Source of the DNA: Candidatus Aphodoplasma sp.
GTDB lineage: Bacteria; Bacillota; Clostridia; UBA1381; UMGS1253
NCBI GenBank assembly: GCA_045592745.1
Contig: JAZNVH010000025.1
Coordinates: forward strand, 130,152-194,151
Direction: 5' to 3'
Length of the DNA: 64,000 bases
The translations under genes were made by a program, and so were the position numbers. Under the pieces are notes generated by a model. The model did not search any database and was not told the DNA's origin. It worked only from the letters and a program-made list of their open reading frames with translations. Of the stretch, positions 1-9,153 are shown piece after piece. The number at the start of each line of letters is the position of its first letter. Positions within the stretch are counted from its first letter, which is position 1.

Positions 1-686
1 GTGCTAACAATGAAAAAATGTCAAAATCACGCGGAAATGTTGTAAATCCTGATGATGTTGTACGCGATTTTGGTGCTGATACCTTTAGAACATATGAGAT
101 GTTTATTGGTGCGTTTGACCAGGCAACACCTTGGTCAGAGCAAGGTGTAAAAGGATGTTATAAGTTCCTTGAAAGAGTGTGGAATCTTCAAAATATTGTT
201 ACAGATGATGATGGTTACAGCGCTGATTTGGAAAGTGCTATGCACAAAGCCATAAAAAAAGTAGGCGAGGACATCGAGCGCATGAAATTTAATACTGCGA
301 TAGCAACGCTTATGTCACTTGTAAATGACTTTACAAAGAAAAACTCGATTACAAAGGGTGAACTTAAGACATTTTTACAGCTTTTAAATCCGACTGCACC
401 GCATATTACCGAGGAAATGTGGCAGCTTGCAGGCTTTGAAGGTGAGATTGCAACAAGTACATGGCCGGTTTATGACGAGGCAAAAACAGTTGATAACGAG
501 GTTGAAATCGTACTTCAGATAAACGGAAAAATCCGCGATAAGCTTACAATACCTGCAGGACTTGATAAAGATGCTACGCAAAAAGCGGCTATGAAGAGCG
601 AAAAGGTTAATGCTGCAATTGACGGAAAACAGGTTGTAAAAGTTATCGTAGTTCCGGGCAAACTTGTAAATATTGTTGTAAAATAA
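1..686 (+). CDS. leuS: Leucyl-tRNA synthetase, C-terminal part (5'-truncated by the window edge)
   Basis: The frame is open from the window start. The class-I aaRS KMSKS motif (..EKMSKSRGN..) is at nt ~15-30, followed by a LeuRS-type C-terminal domain. TAA stop at 684-686. Confidence 0.95.
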   Translation, partial: ANNEKMSKSRGNVVNPDDVVRDFGADTFRTYEMFIGAFDQATPWSEQGVKGCYKFLERVWNLQNIVTDDDGYSADLESAMHKAIKKVGEDIERMKFNTAIATLMSLVNDFTKKNSITKGELKTFLQLLNPTAPHITEEMWQLAGFEGEIATSTWPVYDEAKTVDNEVEIVLQINGKIRDKLTIPAGLDKDATQKAAMKSEKVNAAIDGKQVVKVIVVPGKLVNIVVK

Positions 687-693
687 TTAATAA

Positions 694-733
694 TAAAAAA
701 AGGAAGCATTGTATATGATGTTTCCTTTTTTTA
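694..733. terminator. Bidirectional rho-independent terminator between convergent leuS and the yihY-like gene
   Basis: Stem aggaagcat (701-709) pairs with atgtttcct (718-726), 8-nt loop. An A-run precedes it and a T-run (727-733) follows. Confidence 0.6.
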
Positions 734-1603
734 TTAATCATCAAAATCTTCTTTTGTTAAACAATCTTTATGTTCAAGAACACGGTTTATTTCACTGCCT
801 ATTAAAATTATGTTAGAAAATATATAAAACCATAGCATAATGGCAACAAAAGCGCCTATAGAGCCGTACAGAAGCGAAAAACGTGATGATATACGAATAT
901 AGAGTGATATTCCGGCTCCGGTTAGTGCTGTTGCAACTGTTGAAAATATACTTCCGGGAATAAGCTGTTTTATTTGTATTTTTTTGTTTGGAGCAAAACG
1001 GTATAGAAACAGCATTATAAAAAATATAACCACAAGTATAAAAATTACAAAAAACCAATATGGGATATTTGGTAGTATTTTACCTATTTCTAATGTGTAA
1101 TATATTTTTGAGAGCGCTTTTGCACCAATAATTGTTAAAGGTAAAAATACAAATAAGATTATGCTCACAGCAATTGTAAGTATTACAGAAATCATTATTC
1201 TTTGAATAAAGAATCTGCGTTTTTGGGTTTTGTATATTGAGTTAATGGAAATAATGACGGCTTCCACACCGCGCGATGCCGAGTATACACTTATCAAAAT
1301 TGACACAATAAGTACATATATGTTGCTGATATTTGCAATATAGTCATTATATCCGGCTATTACACCCACTATCTCTTTTGGAAAAAATGATGAGAACAGT
1401 TTATATATAAACTCGGCATCAAGCTTTAAAAGACCTATAATCGAGTTTGTAAACAAAATAAACGGAAAAACGGAAAGCGTAAAAAAATAGGCTACGCTGC
1501 CGCTCATATATGAAATTTTGTCATACTGATAACGGTTTATAATTTCGTATACAAATAAAACAAGACGATTTTTTGTTTTAAAGTTCAAAAAGCCAATTTT
1601 CAA
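734..1603 (-). CDS. YihY/BrkB (ribonuclease BN-like) family membrane protein
   Basis: 289 aa, polytopic. N-terminal 'SGSVAYFFTLSVFPFILF' is typical of the YihY family. TTG start preceded by an AGAGGTGG RBS. Confidence 0.8.
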   Translation of the reverse strand: MKIGFLNFKTKNRLVLFVYEIINRYQYDKISYMSGSVAYFFTLSVFPFILFTNSIIGLLKLDAEFIYKLFSSFFPKEIVGVIAGYNDYIANISNIYVLIVSILISVYSASRGVEAVIISINSIYKTQKRRFFIQRIMISVILTIAVSIILFVFLPLTIIGAKALSKIYYTLEIGKILPNIPYWFFVIFILVVIFFIMLFLYRFAPNKKIQIKQLIPGSIFSTVATALTGAGISLYIRISSRFSLLYGSIGAFVAIMLWFYIFSNIILIGSEINRVLEHKDCLTKEDFDD

Positions 1604-1626
1604 TTAAACCACCTCTTATAAAAAGC

Positions 1627-1666
1627 AATTGGGCACAAATCAAATAAAATTGACTCATGCCCAATT
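1627..1666 (-). terminator. Probable terminator of the SASP gene
   Basis: aattgggca (1627-1635) pairs with tgcccaatt (1658-1666). On the minus strand it is followed by GCTTTTTAT. The loop is large (22 nt), so confidence is moderate. Confidence 0.4.
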
Positions 1667-1687
1667 TATACTACATTATTTCAAAGC

Positions 1688-1882
1688 TTATTTCATGTTC
1701 TGTTCATATGAGGAAATCATCTTTTTTACCATCTGTCCTCCAACTGAACCAGCCTGCTTGCTTGTAAGGTCACCGTTGTAACCCTGCTTCAAGTTTACGC
1801 CTACTTCTGATGCAGCCTCCATCTTAAACTTATCAAGAGCAGCTCTTGCTTCAGGAACCAAATTCTTTTTATTGCTTGCCAT
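1688..1882 (-). CDS. Alpha/beta-type small acid-soluble spore protein
   Basis: 64 aa. 'ALDKFKMEAASEVGV...GDLTSKQAGSVGGQMVKKMI' matches the SspA/SspB family signature. GGAGGTG RBS. Confidence 0.9.
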   Translation of the reverse strand: MASNKKNLVPEARAALDKFKMEAASEVGVNLKQGYNGDLTSKQAGSVGGQMVKKMISSYEQNMK

Positions 1883-1988
1883 TGTGTTTTCACCTCCTTG
1901 TTTGGTTTACAAACATAATTTGTGTAAAAAACAAATTTTTATAAGGTGTAATTTCTTCCACAAATGCCAAGTAAAATATTAGATTTTT

Positions 1989-4025
1989 TTATAAAAGTAT
2001 CCTGTCTGTAAGCAAAGAAATCTTTTTTTCAAGGGCATTAGTTTCTTCATTTGTCAAATGAAGAGTAGAATCAAAAAGCTCACTTACGGCTTTTTGTACC
2101 TCTTTTAATATATCCATATCATTAAATAAGTTTGCAATTCGCATAGTGGGCAGTCCATGCTGTTTTGTGCCAAAAAAATCACCCGGTCCACGAAGCCTTA
2201 AATCCTGCTCGGAAATATAAAAGCCGTCGTTTGAACTACACATTATCTGCATACGCTTTTTTGCAATTTCACCTTCACCTTGATTAAAAAGTATGCAATA
2301 GCTTTGCTCAGCACCACGTCCGACGCGCCCACGAAGCTGATGAAGCTGACTTACACCAAAACGCTCTGCGTTTTCCACTATCATAACATTTGCGTTGGCA
2401 ACATCGACACCGACTTCAATAACGGTTGTAGATATTAAAATGTCTATTTCTCCTGCTTTAAAATGGGTCATGATGTTTTCTTTTTCATCGCTTTTTAGCT
2501 TTCCGTGTAAAAGAGCGCAGCGAAATTCGGGGAATATTTTAGTTCGAAGCATATCTGCATAGTCAATAACATTTTTTAAATCGCTGTTTTCGGTTTCTTC
2601 AATTAAAGGACAAACTATGTATATTTGTCTGCCATTTAAAACGTGTTTTTTTATAAATGCAAATATACGCTCACGCATTTTTTCGTCTACACAATACGTA
2701 AGAACATTTTTTCTGCCCGGTGGCAGCTCATCAATAATCGAAATGTCAAGGTCGCCGTATAAGATAAGCGCCAGCGTACGTGGTATTGGTGTTGCACTCA
2801 TTACAAGCACGTGCGGATTATCACCTTTTTGAGCGATGCTGTCACGGTGAATAACGCCAAAACGGTGCTGTTCGTCGGTGATAACAAGCGCAAGTGATTT
2901 ATAAATTACGCCTTCTTGTATCATAGCGTGAGTACCGATTATAATGTCGGCATATCCACTTTTTATATCCTCATATGCTTGTCGTTTTTCTTTTGCACTC
3001 ATAGAACCAACAAGCAGACATACGTTTATGGTGTGACAATCCATCATCTTTTTAAAGTTTTCATAATGTTGCTTTGCCAAAACTTCAGTTGGCACCATAA
3101 GTGCTGACTGATATCCACTTTTTGCGCAGGCGTACATTGCTGCTGCGGCAACTACTGTTTTTCCAGAGCCTACATCACCTTGAACAAGCCTGTTCATTGA
3201 TACACTGCGTGATAAATCGTCGCAAATTTCATCTATAACCTTTTTTTGTGCGTTTGTAAGCGAAAAGGGAAGAGAATCAACAAATTCTTTCGTGTATGAT
3301 GTATCAATATGCGCTTTTTGCAAGGTATTCGTCTTTGATGTCTTTATTTTTGAAAGCGCCAAAGAAAGCGTTAACAATTCATCAAATACAAGGCGTCTTC
3401 GTGCTCGTGAATAACTATCAAAATCACTTGGAAAATGAATTGTACGAACAGCCTCATCAAATCCAAGCAAATTATACTTTTCTATCAAAGAGCGGGGGAG
3501 TGTTTCTTTAAAAGATGGGCACATTTCAAGTGCTGACGCAATCGCTTTTTGCACCGTTTTTTGCGCAAGATCAGCCGTAAGAGGATAAATAGGAACAATT
3601 TTGCCCGTTACAAGCTGTTTTGTATCGATTTTTTCAAAAATAGGGTTTTCAATAAACTTTTTTGATCCCATTTTTTTGATTTTTCCGTAAAAAGTATAAG
3701 AATCTCCCTTTACGATACTATTTTTTATATATTTATTGTTAAACCATGTCGCAGTAATTTTGCCACTTTCATCAACCAAATCTACATTATAAAGGGAAAG
3801 AGACTTGTTTATTCTGCGTTCAGAAACAGCCGAAAAAACGGTGGCTTTTATGCACACCGTTTCGGAATCGTTTGCTTCAAATATAGGAACAATTTTTGTT
3901 CTGTCTTCGTAATCGCGCGGGAAATATAAAAGTAAATCGGCAACGTTGTATATACCCAAACGTGCAAATAATTTTGCTCTTGCATTACCAATGCCCGATA
4001 GCGCGCTGACAGGTTTGTTTAACAT
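1989..4025 (-). CDS. recG: ATP-dependent DNA helicase RecG
   Basis: Wedge domain plus SF2 helicase motifs (GDVGSGKT, DEQHRFG, QLHQLRGRVGRG). I prefer the ATG at 4025 (AAGGA RBS 9 nt upstream) over the track's TTG at 4034. Confidence 0.93.
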   Translation of the reverse strand: MLNKPVSALSGIGNARAKLFARLGIYNVADLLLYFPRDYEDRTKIVPIFEANDSETVCIKATVFSAVSERRINKSLSLYNVDLVDESGKITATWFNNKYIKNSIVKGDSYTFYGKIKKMGSKKFIENPIFEKIDTKQLVTGKIVPIYPLTADLAQKTVQKAIASALEMCPSFKETLPRSLIEKYNLLGFDEAVRTIHFPSDFDSYSRARRRLVFDELLTLSLALSKIKTSKTNTLQKAHIDTSYTKEFVDSLPFSLTNAQKKVIDEICDDLSRSVSMNRLVQGDVGSGKTVVAAAAMYACAKSGYQSALMVPTEVLAKQHYENFKKMMDCHTINVCLLVGSMSAKEKRQAYEDIKSGYADIIIGTHAMIQEGVIYKSLALVITDEQHRFGVIHRDSIAQKGDNPHVLVMSATPIPRTLALILYGDLDISIIDELPPGRKNVLTYCVDEKMRERIFAFIKKHVLNGRQIYIVCPLIEETENSDLKNVIDYADMLRTKIFPEFRCALLHGKLKSDEKENIMTHFKAGEIDILISTTVIEVGVDVANANVMIVENAERFGVSQLHQLRGRVGRGAEQSYCILFNQGEGEIAKKRMQIMCSSNDGFYISEQDLRLRGPGDFFGTKQHGLPTMRIANLFNDMDILKEVQKAVSELFDSTLHLTNEETNALEKKISLLTDRILL

Positions 4026-4039
4026 AAAAATCAATCCTT

Positions 4040-5650
4040 TTATTCAACCGAAAGTATATAATAGTAAAGCGGTTGATTGCCTTTTTGCAACAAAACGTCT
4101 ATATCGCCATATTTTTCTTCAAGAGTATCAAGCATATCATTTGCCTGTTCTTCTGAAACATCTTCACCGTAATATACTGTGACAAGCTCGGATTCGTCGT
4201 CAACCATATCTTCTGCAAGCTTGAGCAAAACCTCATCAGGAGTATTTGATACAGCGCATATACTACCTTCGGATATTCCTATTATATCGCCGGATTTAAT
4301 CTCTGTTCCGGAAACGCTTGTATCACGAACAGCGTATGTTACCTGACCGGTTTTAACATTTGAAATAGCTTCGCACATTGCTTCTTCGTTTACTTCCTGC
4401 TCTACGTGCGGTAAAAATGCCATCATAGCAGCAATACCTTGCGGAGCGGTTTTTGTAGGTATAACTACAATATTTTTATCACTAAGCTCTTGTGCCTGAT
4501 TTGCAGCAAGAATTATATTTTTATTGTTAGGAAGTATAAATATGCAATCTGCATCTATTCTCTCAGCTGCGCTTAAAATATCGTCAGTACTTGGATTCAT
4601 TGTCTGTCCACCCTCGATTATTTCATCAACGCCATAATCGGAGAATATATCTGCAAGACCGCTTCCTGCAACAACACTGACAAAACCATATTTCTTGTGT
4701 TGCTGCGGTTTTGGTGTTTCAACTTGCTCAGCAGGGGAAGACTCCTCTGCTTCCATAATACTTGTATGCTGAAGCTTCATATTATCAATTTTGATGCGTG
4801 AAAGCATACCAAGCTTGACAGCTTCTTCGAGAACAAAGCCCGGATGATTTGTATGAATGTGAACCTTCACAATTTCATCATCATCAATTACAAGCTTGCA
4901 ATCGCCCTTTGGATCTATAATTTCACTAAAACGCTTTACATCAACACCTGATGATTTTTTATCAATAATAAACTCTGTGCAGTACGCAAATTTTATATTT
5001 TCAACATCAATTGCAGCTTGTGCTGCACCTGATGTTGTTTGTTTTACTGCTTCTTTCAAATCAACAAGCTCACCTGTTGAAAGGGCATGATACGCACCTT
5101 CCAACAGTTTGACAAGACCTGCGCCGCCGGCGTCAACAACACCGGCTTCTTTTAAAACAGGTAGCTGGTTTGGTGTATTATCAAGCGCTGTTTTTGCTGC
5201 AGCAATTGCTTCATTTAGCATAGCGCAAACATCTTCTTCGCGCTCGGCAATTTTAACCGCTGCTTCGGCAAATTCGCGTGCAACTGTTAAAATAGTTCCC
5301 TCAGTGGGACGCATAACTGCCTTATATGCAGTATCCGAAGCACATTTTAAAGCCGCTGCAACCTCTTTTGCACCGACACTCTGTTTTCCTTCAAGGCTTT
5401 TTGCAAGACCGCGGCAAAGCTGTGAAAGAATAACGCCTGAATTACCTCTTGCACCACGAAGAGATGCACTCGAAAGAGTCTTTGCAGCATCTCCGATTGC
5501 AGGAGTTATAAATTTTTTGATTTCATCTGCTGCCGCAGAAAATGTAAGCGACATATTTGTACCCGTGTCACCGTCAGGAACAGGGAATACGTTCAGTTTA
5601 TCGACAGCCACCTTATTGTTATTGAGGTGATTTGATGCCGAAATAATCAT
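4040..5650 (-). CDS. DAK2 domain fusion protein (YloV family)
   Basis: 'LNVFPVPDGDTGTNM' DAK2 signature plus a C-terminal YloV-type domain. The listed start is the first canonical ATG. Family-like sequence continues upstream (see findings). Confidence 0.9.
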   Translation of the reverse strand: MIISASNHLNNNKVAVDKLNVFPVPDGDTGTNMSLTFSAAADEIKKFITPAIGDAAKTLSSASLRGARGNSGVILSQLCRGLAKSLEGKQSVGAKEVAAALKCASDTAYKAVMRPTEGTILTVAREFAEAAVKIAEREEDVCAMLNEAIAAAKTALDNTPNQLPVLKEAGVVDAGGAGLVKLLEGAYHALSTGELVDLKEAVKQTTSGAAQAAIDVENIKFAYCTEFIIDKKSSGVDVKRFSEIIDPKGDCKLVIDDDEIVKVHIHTNHPGFVLEEAVKLGMLSRIKIDNMKLQHTSIMEAEESSPAEQVETPKPQQHKKYGFVSVVAGSGLADIFSDYGVDEIIEGGQTMNPSTDDILSAAERIDADCIFILPNNKNIILAANQAQELSDKNIVVIPTKTAPQGIAAMMAFLPHVEQEVNEEAMCEAISNVKTGQVTYAVRDTSVSGTEIKSGDIIGISEGSICAVSNTPDEVLLKLAEDMVDDESELVTVYYGEDVSEEQANDMLDTLEEKYGDIDVLLQKGNQPLYYYILSVE

Positions 5651-5707
5651 ATTAGCAAATTGTATACCATCAATTGAAGTAACTATTTTAATCTCCCCCC
5701 AAAGACA

Positions 5708-6058
5708 TTAATCGACACGAGCACTTTCCACGCTGACGTTGATTTTTCCAACCTTGCAGCCGGTCATACTTTCTATGCTGTATTTTACATTCTTGATAAT
5801 GCTTTCACATATTGCTGAAATATTAACTCCGTATTCAACCATAATGTGCAAATCTATGGTTATACGGTCGTTCTCTGTTGAAATATTTATCCCTTTTGTA
5901 ATTGAATCACCTAACAAAAGTCCTACAAGACCGTTTCCTTTGCGCGTTGCCATACCAACAACACCATAACAGCGAGTTGCTGCCATGCCTGCTATTTTTG
6001 CTAAAACTTCATTTTGAATGACGATGATGCCATTTTCATTTTCAGTTTGAAGTGTCAT
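5708..6058 (-). CDS. Asp23/Gls24 family envelope stress protein (YloU-like)
   Basis: Asp23-family sequence in the conserved position upstream of yloV. I prefer the ATG at 6058 (GGAGG RBS 8 nt upstream) over 6073. Confidence 0.88.
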   Translation of the reverse strand: MTLQTENENGIIVIQNEVLAKIAGMAATRCYGVVGMATRKGNGLVGLLLGDSITKGINISTENDRITIDLHIMVEYGVNISAICESIIKNVKYSIESMTGCKVGKINVSVESARVD

Positions 6059-6129
6059 AAAACATACCTCCATATTAAGCTGATATTAAGTACACTACAT
6101 ATAATTTTATCATAAATTATTTAAATAGT

Positions 6130-7398
6130 CTATACCAAATTTTCATTTTCTTCTTCGTCTAAAAGTTTTGCTGCATCCATATCCGATAGGGAAGTGATTT
6201 TCTTGAGTGTGCTGCGTATTTTTCTTGTACGTACACCCACAAGTTTATCAAGCTCTTTGTTTGCCTGTTCAAGACGAGTTTGTGTCTGAATAAGTACATC
6301 GCCAAATTTGTCAAACTCTGTTTTGACAGCACCGAGCACATTCCATACCTCACCGGAATGTTTTTGTATAGCAAGCGTACGGAATCCCATTTGAAGACTG
6401 TTTAAAAGTGATGCCATAGTCGTAGGACCTGCTATGTTTATTTTATAATCACGTGCAAGCGTTTCTATAAGACCGCGGCGGACAACCTCGGCATAAAGTC
6501 CTTCAAAAGGAAGGAACATAATCGCAAACTCCGTTGTCTGAGGAGGCGAAACGTACTTATCGTGAATTGTCTTTGCAGAAAGTTTTATACTTCTTTCAAG
6601 CGCCGCTCCTGCTGCAGAAATTAATGCAGCGTCACCGCTGTCATATGCGTCAACGAGATTTGTATACATATCAGCAGGGAATTTTGAGTCAATTGGAAGA
6701 TATACAACTTCATCGTCAGTTCCGGGCAGACACACAGCAAATTCGACAGGGTCACGTCCTGAAGGCTTTGTAACGACATTTGTTTTATACTGCTCGGGGG
6801 ATAGAATTTCCTCCAAAATTGCTCCAAGCTGTATCTCGCCGAGAATACCACGTGTTTTCACGTTTGAAAGCACCTTTTTTAAATCACCGACACCAACTGC
6901 AAGCGTTTGCATTTCGCCAAGTCCCTTATAAACTTGTTCAAGCCTTTCGCTTACAAGTTTAAATGATTGGCTTATGCGTTCGTCAAGTGTTTTCTGTAAT
7001 TTTTCATCAACAGTTTCACGCATTTTTTCAAGCTGTTTCTCATTGTTTTCGGAAACTGCCTTTAATCTGTTTTCAACGGTGATGCGAATGTTTTCAAGCT
7101 TTTGTTCATTTTCAAGGGAAAACTGTTTAAAACGCTCTGCGATTTCTTTAAGGCGATTATCCTGCATCTGTGCACTTGTTTTTTGTGTATCGGATAAAAT
7201 GTCGGAAATCATTTTCATGTTTTCCTGAGTATTTTTTGCGTTTTCTATGCGTGAATTACGCATTTCATCAAAAATTTGCTTTTTAAAAGCGTCAAAATTG
7301 TCTGCGTTATTATCTTTTGATACAGACGATACTTTTATTAATAATATTAAGGATAAAATGAGCGAGGCAATACATACTGCCAGAACAAAGTATTCCAT
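6130..7398 (-). CDS. rmuC: DNA recombination protein RmuC
   Basis: N-terminal TM helix, long coiled-coil and C-terminal RmuC nuclease-like domain. The ATG at 7398 is preferred (GGAGGA RBS); the alternative is 7410. Confidence 0.88.
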   Translation of the reverse strand: MEYFVLAVCIASLILSLILLIKVSSVSKDNNADNFDAFKKQIFDEMRNSRIENAKNTQENMKMISDILSDTQKTSAQMQDNRLKEIAERFKQFSLENEQKLENIRITVENRLKAVSENNEKQLEKMRETVDEKLQKTLDERISQSFKLVSERLEQVYKGLGEMQTLAVGVGDLKKVLSNVKTRGILGEIQLGAILEEILSPEQYKTNVVTKPSGRDPVEFAVCLPGTDDEVVYLPIDSKFPADMYTNLVDAYDSGDAALISAAGAALERSIKLSAKTIHDKYVSPPQTTEFAIMFLPFEGLYAEVVRRGLIETLARDYKINIAGPTTMASLLNSLQMGFRTLAIQKHSGEVWNVLGAVKTEFDKFGDVLIQTQTRLEQANKELDKLVGVRTRKIRSTLKKITSLSDMDAAKLLDEEENENLV

Positions 7399-7427
7399 AT
7401 TTTCCTCCATTAATATAAGCTATTGTT

Positions 7428-8438
7428 TTACCAACTTATTATATCGCGTTCGCTTTCGGCACGCTTTGCACGACCCATAAGCTGACCGATAGAATCTTGT
7501 ACGGGCATATTTTCAAAAAGCACACGATACGTACACTCGGTTATAGGCATTGACACGTTATATTTTTTTGCAAGCTCGTACGCTGCTGCACATGCGTTTA
7601 CACCCTCGACAACCATATGAACCTCGTCAGTTGCTTCTTTTAGTGTTTTTCCCTGACCTATAAGTATACCAGCACGTCTGTTACGGCTGTGATTACTCAT
7701 ACATGTAACTATCAAATCACCTATACCCGTAAGACCTGCAAATGTTTCAACGTTCGCTCCCATAGCAACACCAAGACGTGAAATTTCAGCAATTCCACGT
7801 GTCATAAGTGCAGCAATTGTGTTATCGCCACAACCAAGACCTACTGCAATTCCTGCCGCAAGAGCAATTACGTTTTTTATAGCACCGCCAATTTCAGCAC
7901 CGAGTATGTCATCACTTGTATACACACGGAATGTGTTATTCATAAAAATATCCTGCACAACCAAAGAAATTTCCTCGTCGTCGGAGGCAACTACGTTTGC
8001 CGTTGGTATACCGAGAGCAACCTCCTCTGCGTGAGAAGGACCACTCATAACACCAAGACGAACATCGGGGATTTCATCTTTTATAACCTCAGACAAACGC
8101 TTAAGTGTGCTTGTTTCAAGTCCTTTTGCAATATTTAAAACAATCTGTCCCGAAGCTATGTGTTTTGCAAGCTCTTTTGTGATATTTCGTACCGCATGCG
8201 AAGGCGTTGATAAAACAATAAGCGCTGCATCTTTTACACAAACTCCCATATCGTTTGAGAATGTAATGTCACCATCAAGCTTAATTCCCGGTAAAAATTC
8301 TTTGTTTTCGCGGTCTTTTTTCAGACGGTCTGTTTCTTCTTTCTGCCATGACCATAAAAAAACCTCAAAACCCTTCGTAGATAAAAGGGAAGTGATAGCG
8401 CTGCCCCAGCTGCCCGAACCTATAACTGCAATTTTCAT
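7428..8438 (-). CDS. gpsA: NAD(P)H-dependent glycerol-3-phosphate dehydrogenase
   Basis: 'MKIAVIGSGSWGSA' Rossmann N-terminus and the GpsA family body. Start at 8438 with a GGAGGG RBS. The 33 upstream codons in the track are a spurious extension. Confidence 0.93.
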   Translation of the reverse strand: MKIAVIGSGSWGSAITSLLSTKGFEVFLWSWQKEETDRLKKDRENKEFLPGIKLDGDITFSNDMGVCVKDAALIVLSTPSHAVRNITKELAKHIASGQIVLNIAKGLETSTLKRLSEVIKDEIPDVRLGVMSGPSHAEEVALGIPTANVVASDDEEISLVVQDIFMNNTFRVYTSDDILGAEIGGAIKNVIALAAGIAVGLGCGDNTIAALMTRGIAEISRLGVAMGANVETFAGLTGIGDLIVTCMSNHSRNRRAGILIGQGKTLKEATDEVHMVVEGVNACAAAYELAKKYNVSMPITECTYRVLFENMPVQDSIGQLMGRAKRAESERDIISW

Positions 8439-8452
8439 ACAAGGAGCCCTCC

Positions 8453-9118
8453 TTATTTTTTCTGACCTATTTTTGATTCTGTTCCATTTATAAGACGCAC
8501 AATGTTTGCGTGATGACGACCTATTGCAAGGACGCACATAATAATTGCTGTACCAAGCAAAATGTAATTATAATCTTTGTCTGCAAAAAAAGTAAAAATA
8601 CATACTGAGGTGGGGAAAAGAAGTGCCCCTACTATTGAGCCAAGCGATATGTAACGTGTAAGCACCATTACAAGAAGTGCACCTATAAGTACAATCAAAC
8701 CAACTCTCCAGTCAAGCATAAAAATTACTGCTGCAGAAGTTGAAATTCCTTTTCCGCCTTTAAACTGGAAAAATACAGGGTAATTATGTCCTAAAACAAC
8801 AGCTACACCGCAAAGACAGGTGAGTATGTTTTTTGCGCTCAAAGGCTCTTCAAAGTTATTTTTTGCAATATTGCATACGATGATCGCAAGCAAAACAGCT
8901 ATAACACCTTTTAGAGCATCGAGTATAAGAGTATATACACCGACTTTTTTGCCGTATGTTCTTAGCATATTTGTAGCACCTGCATTACCGCTGCCATGCT
9001 CTCTTATATCGCTGCCGATAAGCCTCGAAATGATAATTGATGAGTTTACACTGCCTATAAGATATGCAGCAATTGTAAATATAACAAATATTATTATGTC
9101 TTCTATTGTAAAATTCAT
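8453..9118 (-). CDS. plsY: Glycerol-3-phosphate acyltransferase PlsY
   Basis: 'GSGNAGATN' and 'HNYPVFFQFKGGKG' PlsY motifs in a polytopic protein. Confidence 0.93.
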   Translation of the reverse strand: MNFTIEDIIIFVIFTIAAYLIGSVNSSIIISRLIGSDIREHGSGNAGATNMLRTYGKKVGVYTLILDALKGVIAVLLAIIVCNIAKNNFEEPLSAKNILTCLCGVAVVLGHNYPVFFQFKGGKGISTSAAVIFMLDWRVGLIVLIGALLVMVLTRYISLGSIVGALLFPTSVCIFTFFADKDYNYILLGTAIIMCVLAIGRHHANIVRLINGTESKIGQKK

Positions 9119-9153
9119 AGTACAACCAAGCCTTTCGTCATCATTTGTTTTAA

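Noticed and set aside
1883-1988. A search for a forespore (SigG/SigF) promoter upstream of the SASP gene.
   Set aside because: I could not find a convincing match to the -35 and -10 patterns I remember (GHATR ... CATxxTA) at proper spacing, so no promoter is called.
5109-5630. 173-aa plus-strand ORF (Ala/Ser/Thr/Pro-rich) inside the yloV-family gene.
   Set aside because: It lies entirely antisense to a strongly supported CDS, has low-complexity composition, no RBS and no family resemblance. This is a typical shadow ORF.
8439-8537. N-terminal extensions offered by the ORF track (gpsA 8439-8537; likewise hisS 29173-29259, pyrE 15176-15241, SSS 59021-59098, AGCS 53092-53127, and others).
   Set aside because: The extensions lack an RBS, run through promoters, terminators or riboswitch structures, and are followed by internal starts with strong SD sequences that coincide with the family N-termini.
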